This document shows positions 26,011-39,171 of a stretch of 64,000 bases of DNA, one piece after another. The first letter of the stretch is position 1, and each line of letters opens with the position of its first letter. Source of the DNA: Octopus bimaculoides (taxonomy: Eukaryota); NCBI RefSeq assembly GCF_001194135.2, contig NC_068984.1:119729083-119793082 (forward strand), read 5' to 3'. The notes under the pieces were generated by a model. That model did not search any database. It was not told where the DNA came from and saw only the letters and a program-made list of their open reading frames with translations. Both the position numbers and the translations under genes were made by a program.

Positions 26011-27270
26011 TCATGGCCAATGCTGGTGTCATGTAAGAGGCATGTAAAAAAAGCACCTTTTCAGTGTTGGGCCTCACAGAGGCAAAGTGGCCGATGCTGG
26101 TGGCATACGAAAAACTCCTTTTGAGTGTTAGGCCTCATGGAGGCAATGATGAATGACTGAGACCTTAGCATTATGTTATGCTTGAGAAGAAGACCTATCA
26201 AGCCAAGTAAAATTGCAGTCGTGGCAGATACTGGTGTCACACAAATGACATGTAAAAGCATTCATTACACTCTTGTAGTGGTTGACGTTAGGAAGGGCAT
26301 CCAGCTGTAGAAACCATGACAAATCAGATTGGAGTCTGGTACAGCCTCCCAGCTTGCCAGCCCTGGTCAAACCGTCCAACCCATGTCAACATGGACAATG
26401 GGTGTTAAATGATCCTCCCCTCCTCCAACCCTCCTCAAGGCGTTGAGCTGGCAGAATCGTTAGCACACCGGGTAAAATGTTTAGCTGTATTTCGTCCATC
26501 TTTACATTCTGAGTTCAAATTCCGCCAAGGTCGACTTTGCCTTTCACCCTTTTAGCGTCAATAGATTAAGAACCAGTCAAGTACTGGGATCGATGTGATC
26601 GACTTACCTCCTCCCCACAAATTTCAGGCCTTGTGTGTATAGTAGAAAGGATTATTATTATTATATATATATATATATATATAAGATATATTACAGACAT
26701 TAAAAGATAGCATTACGTTTTTAAAATTTTGTCAGCGTGGCATCTGTTCAAGGGAATTAACTCTATTTATATAATGGGAGTTGTCTACCGTTGATCTCTT
26801 TTTACGATATCTGTATTGTTAGCTCTGTCTTGCTGCAGTTTTATGGTTTCATTCATCTGTGTATGTGCGCGCGCTCTTGTAGATTTCCGCCGCTGCTTAA
26901 ATTAATTTTCAAATATTATCCGTCTTTTAGTTTACATTACCTTATTTATTAATTTTATTTATTGCTTAGCACCAAATTATCTCTAGTTTAACGTAACCAA
27001 TGGTCAATGACATTCCAAACTTGACTTTTTTTATTCTATTCTTTTACTCTTTTACTTGTTTCAGTCATTTGACTGCGGCCATGCTGGAGCACCGCCTTAA
27101 AGGGTTTATAGTCGAAGAAACCGACTCCAGAACTTATTCTTTGCAAGCCTAGTACTTATTCTATTGGTCTGTTTTGCCGAACTGCTAAGTTACTGGGATG
27201 TAAACACACCAACATCGGTTGTCAAACGATGGTGGGGAACAAACACAGACACAAAGACACACACACATAG

Positions 27271-27347
<77 letters not shown>

Positions 27348-28356
27348 ACGGGCTTCTTTCAGTCTTTGTTTCCCAAATCCACTCACAAAGCTTTGGTTGG
27401 CCTGTGGCTATAGTAGAAGACACTTGCCCAAGGTTTCATGCAGTAGGACTGAACCCAGACCCATGTGGTTGGGAAGCAAGCTTCTTCCCGTTCCCTTTAT
27501 ACCTAGGATTTCATTATCAAATGTGGTATTTTTTCTTTATTAGAGAGTAGGATGTATGAAGAAGGAGATTTAGCTGCTATTTCTACCAGATTGAGCAACT
27601 GCATAGAGGCTTCCCTTGTCAAGTTGATTTTCCCCTGTGTATGTGTGTATGTGTGTGTGTAGCTTATGTGAATTTTAATTTCATCTCCATAATGTAAGAT
27701 TGATATTTGAGATAGTTGTGGGGGTGTTGGGAGTTGTGGGTGGGGGGCAATATCAAGTGAAAGGCGACCAAAAAAAAAAGTAAAAGAAAGTTGTCTGTTG
27801 TGAATTACAATTACGAGTTGTTCATTAACTTCTGTCTATTGTACCTGATAAAAGGCAGTTGTTGCAGCTGAGTAACATTCCATTGCATATGATGCAGTGT
27901 AAAATTTCACTGCATTTGATGCAGAGAATAATACTGCAGTTGCACATATATGAACATGTCTTTGTTTTCCTTGTGTTAAGATTCTTTCTTTTTTTATCTT
28001 TTTCTTTTTTTTTTATTTGCAACAAACTTATTCTTTTCTATTAGGCAATGATTGGATAGAGCTAATGATAAAAAAGAATTACTTAGAACAAAAAACAGAA
28101 AAAAAAGAATTTAGTTTAAGTTCTTGTATAATAGGCACAGATTACTTCTCAACCACATGGATCTGGGTTCATTCCCACTGTGTGGCATCTTGGTCAAGTG
28201 TCTTCTACTATAGCATCAGGTCAACCAAAGCCTTGTAAGTGGATTTGGCAGATGGAAACTGAAAGAAGCTCGTCAGATATATATATATATTCAATTTTTT
28301 CTCTCCGTGTTTTTCTCCTTGTTTTCTCCTTGTTTTTCTCCTTGTTTTCTCCGTAT

Positions 28357-28393
28357 TCTTTCTGTTGAAGAGCGTAGCTCAAAACGTTAAAGA
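28357..28393 (+). ncRNA. Degenerate minimal hammerhead-like motif in a pLTR-like repeat
   Basis: TCTTT-CTGTTGA-A-GAGC-GTA-GCTC-AAAA-CGT-T-AAAGA. Stems I (5 bp), II (4 bp) and III (ACGT palindrome) are intact; core A6>T and G12>A. Confidence 0.5.
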
Positions 28394-28482
28394 CTTTCTG
28401 TATTCCCGAGCGTCAAACTAATACATCCTTTTGTTGTTTACACCACCTGTCCTCGTCTGTTGTTTTTTTTTCGTACATTCTC

Positions 28483-28517
<35 letters not shown>

Positions 28518-28523
<6 letters not shown>

Positions 28524-28905
28524 GGGCCAAAAATCATGCACAAATTAAGTTCAATATGCTCTGAAAATATCAAAGACACGTTTCAATTTTTCTAAAATTG
28601 AATGAAATAAATAAAATAATGATGTATACACATGTACTTGTATAAGATGAACAACATAATAATAATGATAATAATAATCCTTTCTGTTGCAGGCTCAATG
28701 CCTGAAATTTTTGGGGAGGAGACTAGTTGATTACATCAACCCCAGTGTTTCAGTGGTCCTTAATTTGTAGACCCTAAAAGGATGAAAGGCAAAGTCGACC
28801 TCAGCAGAATTCAAACTCAGAATGTAGTGATGGGTGAAATACTGCCAAACATTTCATCCAGTTTGCTGCTAATGACTCTGCCAGCTTGCTGCCTTAATGA
28901 TAATG

Positions 28906-28959
<54 letters not shown>

Positions 28960-29011
28960 TAATGTAAATAAAATGTCAAATGTTTTGATGTGTGACTTTT
29001 GGCCCAGCCTA
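28518..29011. mobile_element. Tc1/mariner-like MITE interrupted by a SINE and (AAT)n
   Basis: TIRs TAGGGTGGGCCAAAA / TTTTGGCCCAGCCTA in TA-rich flanks; SINE inserted at about 28670-28940. Confidence 0.6.
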
Positions 29012-30860
29012 TATATATTTATTTATAGAGGTGTGTTTGTGTGTTTGCATTTGTTCTCTACCACCACTTGATAACTTGTGTTGGTTTGTTTACACCCCCA
29101 TAACTTAGTGGTTCGGGATGTGAGACCAAATAGAATAAGTACCAGGCTTAAAAGTATAAGTACTGGGGTCAATTCATTCAATTAAAACCCTTCAAGGTGG
29201 TGCCCCAGTATGACTGTAGTCCTATGACAAACAAGTGAAAAAACAAATGATAAAAGATAAATTTATGGACTGGTCTTCTGCGTTGGAAACTGCGTTTGAA
29301 TAGATTTGAATTTCAGTAAATAAACAACAGAATTTATAAAACTCCTTCAACCTACATCCATTGTGTGCTGAGAACCAAATATTCAAGACAGGCACACTTT
29401 TGATAGAATACTACAGTATTTCTAGCTATTTCGTATTTTCCATCCCTCTTTAAACATCTACTAATATTGTTTTTACAACATTCAATGTTTGCTTTATCTT
29501 TTTATCTCATATTTTTTACTTGTTTCAATCATTAGACTGTGGCCATGTTGGGGCACTGCCTTGAAGAATTTTAGTCAGACAAATCGACCCCAGTACCATT
29601 TTTTCTTTAAAACCTGGTACTTATTTTATTGGCCTCTTTTGCTGAACTGCTAAGTTACAGGGATGTAAGCAGTGGTGGGAAACAAACACAAACACACACA
29701 TACAAATATATATATATATATGGGCTTATTTCAGTTTCCATCTACTAAATCCACTTACAAGGCTTTGGTTGGCCTGAGGCTATAGTAGAAGACACTTGCC
29801 CAAGGTACCATGCAGTGAGACTGAACCCGGAACCATTGTGCCTTTATAGAGTGATATTCAAATTTGTTTTATAATGTTAAGTAAACCTACTTCTTTGCAC
29901 ACTGTACACAAATCTGCATATATTTAACATTTTCTCAGCTAAGCTAGTTGCAGTCTTATTTTATTGAAATGTTTTTTTTCCTGCACTTCGTATATTCATA
30001 CTAATGTTTGTATTGAGAAAGATATATGATCTGTAGTAGTAGTATCATCATTGTTTTAATGTCTACTTTTCCATGCTTGCATTGGTCAGACAGAATTTGT
30101 TGAGGCAGATTTTCTATGGCCAGATGCCCTTCCTGTCACAAACCCTCACCTGTTACCATGGAAGGTAATATTTCTCTATGGCCAGACATGTTTTCACAGA
30201 AGGCTGGTTGTGAACACTTATATGATGGTGACACTTGTTCACTGCCATCACTCAATGTCAAAACAAGGAAGCAAATGTCATGCACTCATATATTAATATA
30301 TATATGGCAGGCTTCTATCAGTTTCCATCTATCAAATCGACTCACAAAAACACTTTCCCAAGTTGCCATGCAGTAAGATTGAACCTGAAACCACGTAATT
30401 GGGAAGTGAATTTCTTAACCTCACAATCATGCATACAACTAGCAATGAATATTGAAGTATAACAAGGTTGTGAGCTGTCAGAATTGTTAGCACACCGGGT
30501 AAAATGCTTAGAGGTATTTCCTTTGACTTTATGTTCTGAGATAAAATTCCACTGAGGTCAACTTTGCCTTTCATTCTTTTGAAGTTGATTAAATAAGTAC
30601 CAGTTGAACACTGAGGGTCAATGTAATCGACTTATTCCCTCTCTCAAATTTGCTGGCCTTGTGCCAAAATTTGAAACCAATATTAAAGTATAACACACAC
30701 ATATATATATGCATGTAAGCCATCTAAGAGTTCATAAGTCAGGAAAAAATGCATTTGTATATTGTCAGTTGAGTGGGCATATTAATTGAAATGTACAGTA
30801 TTATATATTCATTATGTCTGATCTCTAGAGAGTAGTTACCATATTTCATTCCATAAGAGC

Positions 30861-30949
30861 TACCTCTGATGAGCACAGGGTTACATAATCAAGTTGTTAA
30901 CTAACACTCTGTTGAACCTCTAGTGCGAAACTGATTGGTAAGATCAGCC
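30861..30949 (+). ncRNA. Hammerhead-core motif with extended stem II
   Basis: CTGATGA(30866-72)-GCAC...GTGC-GAAA(30927-30)-CTGAT-tggtaag-ATCAG-CC. Stems II and III pair; position 16.1 is C instead of U and stem I is weak. Confidence 0.45.
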
Positions 30950-31816
30950 ATAATGCATATATAATACTGTACACTTTGATTAATATATATATATATATAC
31001 AAACTGCAATAATGAGATATAAATAACAGTCTCTCATAATATTAGAGGTTCAATAAACCTTCTTTATTTTAACTGATCATGATTTTGCTTGAATAACACA
31101 TAGAACTGCTAATCTAGTGATGGTATGTATATTCAGCAATCAGATTGGAAATGTTAATCGAACACTATTTTTCTGTGCTCTGAAAAGTGGGATTCCTCTC
31201 TGATAAAGGGACACATCTGAAATATTGTTTTCCACTTTTTGTGTTATACCAATATGCAATTCTCATAATTTGTATTCCCTATTTTCTTTTGATCATTTTG
31301 GCAAATACCTTTCATGAATGCATTGGTTAAATGGGAGAAGTGTTTGCAAAACCTTTGCACGGAAAATACAACTCTTGATATTCTAAAATATAGCTTCGTT
31401 TATTTCTGTTCTAAATGTGACAGCATTCATTCAGACATGGCTGTTTGTCAGTAGATGATGTAAGACAGTTATACTTATCTGATACCAATGTTGTGTGTTC
31501 ACCAATGTTAGGTTACTAGACACATTTAAACTATGCAAATGACTTTAATAGTAAGAGACTTTCATAGCTTAACATAAGCATTATAGAAAACAGATAACCT
31601 TGATGAACAAATACATTTCTTTCAGTTTTATAACCATCATTCTATGTTATATTCAAGGTGAATATTTCTGAAAGAAAGAAATTGAAATAGTTGCATGAGC
31701 ACCTCTTCATCATATATATTTGCTTGCAATTCGTCAGTGTCTCACTTATTTTCCTTTCCCTCTTTTCATCATTCACTACGTAATAATTCTCCAAGCCTTC
31801 ATTTTTGACTCCATTG

Positions 31817-31848
<32 letters not shown>

Positions 31849-33901
31849 TGAAGTGATTTGATATATCAAACTCTTGTCAGGTCACTGGTAACCACTGTGC
31901 TTACTCTTTACCCTGAACACTTTAATAAAGTGAGCTTTATTAAAGTGTTCAGGTTGGCTGTTCTTACAGTGAATACCAGTCCTACCCTTGTATCTTTCCT
32001 CTCTCTCTCTTATTATCAATTCTCTTTTCTGATTTCCATTTAGGTGAGATGTGGTTTATAACAACTGCATTCCATCTAGCAAAAATGAATGAAAGAAAAA
32101 GTAATTTTGTCTGATAGGCGTTTTTACTCAGTTTAATAATGACTCTGGTATTAATGTTTTCATATACTGGTTAGAACAGTTGGGTATATGATCTCAAAAG
32201 CACTATCAAATCCGATATGCAATGCAGAAAAATTTGAAGTGTCTGTTATGATGACTCTTAGCCATCATTAAACAATAACACTACTTATTTTAGCTAATTA
32301 ATCTCAGAATGGTTAGTTAAAAAGCAAGAAGAATTGGGCAAGTAGTAGAGATATTGTTGTGCAGGTAACTTGATGTATGTCGAGAGTAGGAATGAAGTAG
32401 AAAGGTGAATTGACCATACTGAAGTTGTGTAAAGATAATTGTTATTGTATTGGTTTGGTAGCTATTCTGAGAGTATAGACATACTGTTAACGGAGGAATA
32501 GACACTTAATGTGGTTTGGTTGAATAATAGAATATTGACTGTTGCTAGAGAACGGAAGATTAAGAAGAAGTCATAGTGAAAGTTAACTGTAAATGATAGA
32601 GTTACTTTTTTAACCATTGTATGGAATTACAATGTTCGTAATAGGAAAAACCAGGAAGGAAGGATGTATTGGTGTTTGGAAGCCATTGTCATGGTATAAT
32701 AAATGAAGTTAGCTTTAGGGATTCCTTGATATGGGTGACTTACTATCTATAATACAAGCTTCATAAAGCTAGCTTACTTATAGTAGGATTGAGATATAGA
32801 TTGATTTTGCTTATAGAGATAAGATGGAAAAGAAGAGAACTAATGGTTAAAAAACAAAACAAAATGATGAATGCCTGTTCCTAAAGGGCATCGATTGTAA
32901 TATTGCTATAATATAGTAAAGAATATACCAAGAGCTTTTTTTTTAGCCAGCATTATGTATTATAATGATTATAAACCATTCGTCTGTACAATATGTCCAT
33001 GGACACAAAAACAGGGAACAATTGTATGCAAGTTTCAACTCTTATTGAAATCATCATCAGCAACTGTGTACTTTTTTCACCTGTCCATGAACACACTGTT
33101 TATAAAACCCACCATAAGGCAGTGAGCTGGCGGAATTGTTAGCGTGCTGAGCAAAATACTTTGTCTGCCTTTATGTTCTGTGTTCAAATTCTGCCGAGGT
33201 CAACACTTTTCTAAGCGGGTAGGCTGAACGTTAAAATATAAGTGTGTTAGCGTCATTTCATTGCTATAATAAATTATAGACCATATCTATAGATTTTTTT
33301 AGCCAACAGTGCTTGTTCTTACTGTTATAAACAAGTCATCTGTACAATATATCTGTGAACAGAAAAAGGGGGCATAATTGTATGCATGTTTCAATTCTTA
33401 TTGGAACCATCATCAGCTACTGTGAACTTTCTTTTGTCCTACTTTAGGAGTGTGTTCCAATTAGTATTAGGGGCCAAAGTAAACCAGATAGATCAATTTG
33501 CATATTAAGCACTTTTCTAGACAGCTAGCTCAAACATTAAATTACTGTAAGCTACTGATCTCTCTTTGTGGATGGAACAGCCAAATAGTGAGCTTCATCT
33601 CATTTCTATCTTTTTATCTTTTTACTTGTTTCAGTCATTGAACTGAAATAAACTCGTGTGTGTGTGTGTGTGTGTGTGTCCTTGTCTTGACATTGTGTAA
33701 TAATCATGAATGAGCAACACAGTTATGTAAGTGTTAAGCTCTGATGCCAATTTCCCATAACATAACAAGCCTTTAGGAAGTTAAACCTTGCTTGGAAACA
33801 AGTAAAGGGTTGGTGATAGGAAGGGCACCTGGCTGTACTAAAATGCCTCTATTACATAGAGATAAACCATGCTAGCATAAAAATGAATGAATGACTACAT
33901 T

Positions 33902-33997
<96 letters not shown>

Positions 33998-34919
33998 CAT
34001 ATATAAAATGTATTTGTTCATTGTTTTGGTTTATTTGTTGCTTGAGAGAATTACCACCATCTGTGATCCTCTCAAGCAAGATGAGAATGTTAAATGTAAA
34101 ATGCAAGGCATAGAAGACATAAAATAAAGAAAAAAATCATATGGTTAGAAATTATTATTTTTTTATATTTTCAGCTGTTATTTCATGGTATCATTTTGTC
34201 CTCGCCGTCGCCACCGCCATCACCATTGTCGTCGTCGTCGTCCTCCTCCTCCTCCTCCTCCTATTCCTCCATTTCTTCCCCCTCTTTTTCTTCCTTCTCC
34301 TCCTCCATTTCTTCCTTCTCCTCCTCCACTTCTTCTTCCTTCTCCTCCTCCTTTCCTCCTTTGACTTAGAGTTTTCCAGTGACATCTATTTCACTTAACT
34401 AAAAGAGTTTTCTTTTTTGTTTCAAAAAATGTTTTTTTTTTCTTGGGTGTTTTACTTTGTTGTATATTGTAAATAAATGCTTTTTTATTTTATTTTATTT
34501 TTTTAATTTATTTTCTTTTGCAATACCTTTCCATCATTTTCCATAAAACAGTTAGGATGTAGTTTCGATAAAGTAGCACAGATAACAACTCAAGGTCTTT
34601 CATATTTCCTGAGCTACTGAAAAGAGTGGAAAGCTTAAAACTGCTTGTCAAATTGTTTAACCCCCCCCACCCCTCCAAAAAGCAAATAGGTACAAACATG
34701 GCTGTCTAGTTAAGAAGTTTGATTTGCAACCACATGATTTAGGTTTAGTCCCACTGTGCAGAACCTTGAACAGGTATCTTCCACTATAGTCTTAGGCTGA
34801 TCAAACCCTTGTGAGTGAGTTTGATGGAAGAAAACTATATGAAAACCTAATGTATATTTTTTTTTTTGTGTGTGTGTGTGTGTCACTATTTAGTTTTATT
34901 TCAAGACTTATTGCTGTTG

Positions 34920-35290
34920 AAGGGTATCTATGTGTGCATGTGAAATATTTATGTATTAATCTATGGAAAATCCTTCCCACATAAGTCTTGACGTTGAGCG
35001 AGAAGGGTGGAACAAACCAAACAATGTTTCTGCGGTGTATCCTTTTCCAGGTGCTAGGGCCTGGCATGTAGGAGATGCCATCCTTAAACCCACTCGATGC
35101 TAGTGCTTCGTAGTAGGGTAGAGAGCAGCGGCATTGAAGATATCGTAGAGGATAGATTCAAGATCCTCTTGCTTACACCCTTCACTAGGTTCTTGAAAAC
35201 TACAGGTGGGTGGCAGGAGGCTGTGCTAATATAGGACAGCTTCTCGTTTGGCTTGTGATAGAGTCTGACAAGCTATCCACAAAGCTGTGG
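34920..35290 (-). mobile_element. Penelope-like element RT C-terminal/linker fragment
   Basis: RLYHKPNEKLSYISTASCHPPVVFKNLVKGVSKRILNLSS (frameshift) ...RRNIVWFVPPFSLNVKTYVGRIFHRLIHKYF matches the PLE 'YRKPN...SNHPP...RRNIIWFNPPFS' motifs. Confidence 0.8.
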
Positions 35291-35347
35291 CTTTCATGAA
35301 TAAGAAACCTTTGGTAACTATGACCAGAATTTAACTTTTTGTTTTAA

Positions 35348-35378
<31 letters not shown>

Positions 35379-36632
35379 TTCCTTATTTATTTAGTGTAAA
35401 CTATGGTTTACACGATAAATTACCTACCTCTGGATACCTTCTAACAAAGACGGTACCCACACAGGTAATCTTCAGGAGCGCCTTCGGATTTAATTATCCC
35501 TTAGTTGCTTGAACACTTCTAGCCTACCATTTGAATGTTTAAACAATCCTAACTTATACCTATATATTTATTTATTTATTTGTGTGCTCTTTCTGTATCT
35601 GCTTGTCGCCCACTGCTACTTGACAACCAGTGTTGGTATTTTTATGTCCCTGTAACTTAGTGCTGAGACAAAAGATATCAATAGAATAAGTGCCAGGCTT
35701 TACAGAAAAATACTATGTACTGGGTTGATTTGTTCGACTAAAATTCTTCAAGGCAGTGTCCTAGCATGGTCACATCTTGGGCAAGTGTCTTCTACTATAG
35801 CCTTGGGCAGACCAAAGCCTTGTGAGTGGATTTGGTTGACAGAAACTGTAAGAAGCTTGTCGGTATGTATATGTGTGTGTGTGTGTATGTGTGTGTGTGT
35901 GTATGTTTGTGTATGTTTGTGTTTGTCCCCCATCACCATTTGACAACCAGTGTTTGTGAGTTTACATCCCCATAACTTAGCAGTACGGCCTGAGAGACCA
36001 ATAGAATAAGTACTATGCTTGAGAAAATAAGTCCTGGGGTTGACTTGTTCTACTAAAGACCCTTTAAGGCAGTGCTCCAGCATGGCCACAACTAAACGAA
36101 TAAAAGAATAAAATGATGATGATGATGAGCTCATAGTGCTGGTTATTCATTTATAGCTGAATCGACTGGAGCAACAAGAAGAACACAATGGACCATCTGG
36201 TCTGGGAATTGAAACCTTGATCTTGTGATTGTGAGCGCAACACCTTAATCACTAGTCTATGTGCCCTCACTAGTACATTACAGGTCCTTGTTTTATCTCG
36301 TATGGAAAGGAGGAACAGTAAAGTGTACACAAGTAGGATTTGAAATCAGAATGTAATGGGACTGACTGAATACCACAAGATATTGGGTGCATAACTTTTC
36401 TGTTCCATCATTTTTGCTGAAGATTAAATATTTGCACAAATGGATGGGTTTTCTGAAAGAAAAAAAAACAAAACAAAAAAACAAAACAAAAACGTAATCA
36501 TTCTATTCCAGTTTGGGAAGCTGTTGTGCATTTTAATGATAACTTAAGAAATATCATTTCAGAGCTTTTACTGTTTCATATAATAATAATAATAATAATG
36601 TTTTATATAATGAATGATGATAATATTGTTTC

Positions 36633-36680
<48 letters not shown>

Positions 36681-37249
36681 CAACAGCAACAACAGAAACA
36701 AGGATTTGAAATCAATAATTATCAACCTGAAATTTTAATCCCTTTTCCCTTTTCACAATTCCTCTGAATAATGCTTCTGCTATCAGTCTTTTTTTTTTTT
36801 TGCTGTTTTCTTTCACCATATTTGAATTACAATTATTATGAGCTGTCTTCTTTTATATAGCAAAGTAAGAAAATAAAACAAAACAAAATCCCCCCAAAAC
36901 TCACTATGTAAAATCCAAATTATAGAACAGTAGTGTTATCACTTATATAAAAGGTTCTCACATTCCCTTTTCTTTCTGCTTTATTTGGGAAGAATTTTCT
37001 TTCTAAAGTGTTTCAATAGATAAATTTAATGAATATAAATTTAAAGGTATGGATTATTGAAAGAAATGGTGGGAGGGAAAATATAATAAAGAAGAAAAGA
37101 AATGTCCCACTACCAAACCTTAAAAAAGATGAGTGTGCAGTTTAGAAGCTTGCTGTGCAACCATATGGTTTCAGATTCAGTCCTACTGCACAGAACCTTG
37201 GGCAAGTGTGAGGCCAACCAATTCCTTATGAGTGAATTTGGTTGAAGGA

Positions 37250-37735
37250 AACTGTGGAACCCTGGCCCGGCTTGCTATGTAGAAAAGGGGTTCGGAGAAG
37301 CTTCATAAGGTACACCCAGTGCAAGCTATGGACTCATAAGAGGTGCAACAGTATCACTGGAAGACAAACAGAGAAAGTAGTTTTTACATTTGGCAGATGT
37401 ACAAGTACATTAAACATCAGGAATATACAAAAAATAGACTCCCTCAAATGTCAGTGGGGGGGATCCTTAGAAGTAGTAGATGGTTTTCGTTACTTAGGTG
37501 ACCAAGTTAGTAGTGGGGGAGGTCATTCTGAATGCATAGCTGCTAGAATAAGAATAGGCTGGGCAAAGTTCAGAGAAATACTACCTCTGTTGGTAACGAA
37601 GGGCCTCTCCCTCAGAATGAAAGGCAGATTGTATGATGCCTGTGTATGAACAGCTATGCTACATGGTAGTGAGACATGGACTGTGATTACTGGGAATATG
37701 CAAAGGCTTGAAAGAAATGAAGTCAGTAAGCACTG
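37250..37735 (+). mobile_element. RTE-type LINE late-RT fragment with Cys/His finger insertion
   Basis: CRKGV...QCKLWTHKRC...GRC, followed by LEVVDGFRYLGDQVSSGGG...ARIRIGWAKFREILPLL...KGRLYDACV*TAMLHGSETW. Confidence 0.85.
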
Positions 37736-37741
37736 ATGGAT

Positions 37742-38790
37742 GGGTAATTCATGCACAACATTGCACAATATATTTTTTATTTCATTTTCGGCTTTTAACA
37801 TTGCTATCACTGTGTTTTCTAGTGGTCACTGTATTTTGGTATTAACCTTGACAAACCATCTGCATGTCCCAATTTTTTCGATGGCAAATACTCCATTTTG
37901 AAGTTGTAATTCAGTAGGATCATTCCCCACTGTTGCAATCTGTTGGCTGTATGTGTGGGGGTACCCTTTTTGATCCATAGTTTGACAATAATGGGTGGTG
38001 GTCTACATGCAGGTGTAACCTTCTTCCATGTATAAATTTATGGAATTTTTTTACCGTAAATATGATGGCTAATGCCTCTTTTTTTTTATTTGACTGTAAC
38101 TTCTCTCAGCTGGCCATAATGAACATGAAGCATGAGCTACTGCTTTCAGGCTACCATCTTCATATTTGTATAAAATCACAGCTCCAATACCACTTTCATT
38201 AGCATCTGCTGCCACATCAATTTCTAAATTCAGGTCAAAATGTGATAACAACAATTCTGATGTTAAGATGTTTTTAATTTCTTCAAAAGCTTTTTGGCAT
38301 TTGTCCAACTAGTCCCGCTTAATGTCTTTTTTAAACAAGTTATTCAGGAGTGCTTTTAAATCATGTAAATTCGGTATGTATACCTGGAAGTAATTTGCAA
38401 GCCCCAAAAATGCTTGTAATATCAGGATGTTTGTTGGGGGAGGCATATTTTTTATTGCACTCGCTCTAGACAGGTCTGATCTGTGTCCATTTTCATCAAT
38501 AATCTGCCCTAGATATTTTATTCTTGACATAAAAAATTCACACTTTTCCTCATTGAACTTAAACCTTTTAAAGACCTTTTTAGTATTCTCAGCTTGTTGA
38601 CCCCAAGATTCATTTTTTATGTGTATGTCGTCAAGGTAAGCTACAGCAAAATCTGAACTGCAAGTATAATGTCCATAACATGTTGGAAAATGCCAGGTAC
38701 TACTTTTATATCCATCTGACACAAGCTTTGAATATCTTGTTGCCACTTTTATATACTTGCCTAACATTGGATATATAATTTAACAATGCA
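37742..38790 (-). mobile_element. Ty3/gypsy LTR retrotransposon pol fragment (RT-RNase H)
   Basis: VAYLDDI, KCEF...IKYLGQII, LQAFLGLANY, VAADANESGIGAVI, VAHASCSL..AERSYSQI and HADGLSRLIP; frameshifted and with stops. Confidence 0.92.
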
Positions 38791-39091
38791 AAGGTAAACT
38801 CAATGCGTTCACACGATGTACTTTGTGAGGAGTCCAAAACACCTTCTCATCGATCCCTACCAACCTCTTGTCTCACCCAATATGCTTCTCTTTATAAGAG
38901 TTTGGCTAGTCCATTCTTCCAATCCCCCAGGGGTGTCAATGACTCTCACCACAACAGAAGGGCATCCAGCCATAGAAACCATGCCAGTTTTTCTAAGCCC
39001 TGTAAAAGAACTTGGATGGTTGGGCCTCCAACCAGGCCTTTTGTGATACTCTTAAAGCCATGAACTTTTCAGCACCTTCTTGTATGTATAA

Positions 39092-39171
<80 letters not shown>

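Noticed and set aside
34191-34385. Arg/Lys-rich protamine-like ORF (RRRRKKKW...)
   Set aside because: Translation of a (CCT/CTT)n microsatellite.
35400-35560. Possible hammerhead in the repeat next to the Penelope RT fragment (minus CTGAAGA)
   Set aside because: No GAAA box at the expected position.
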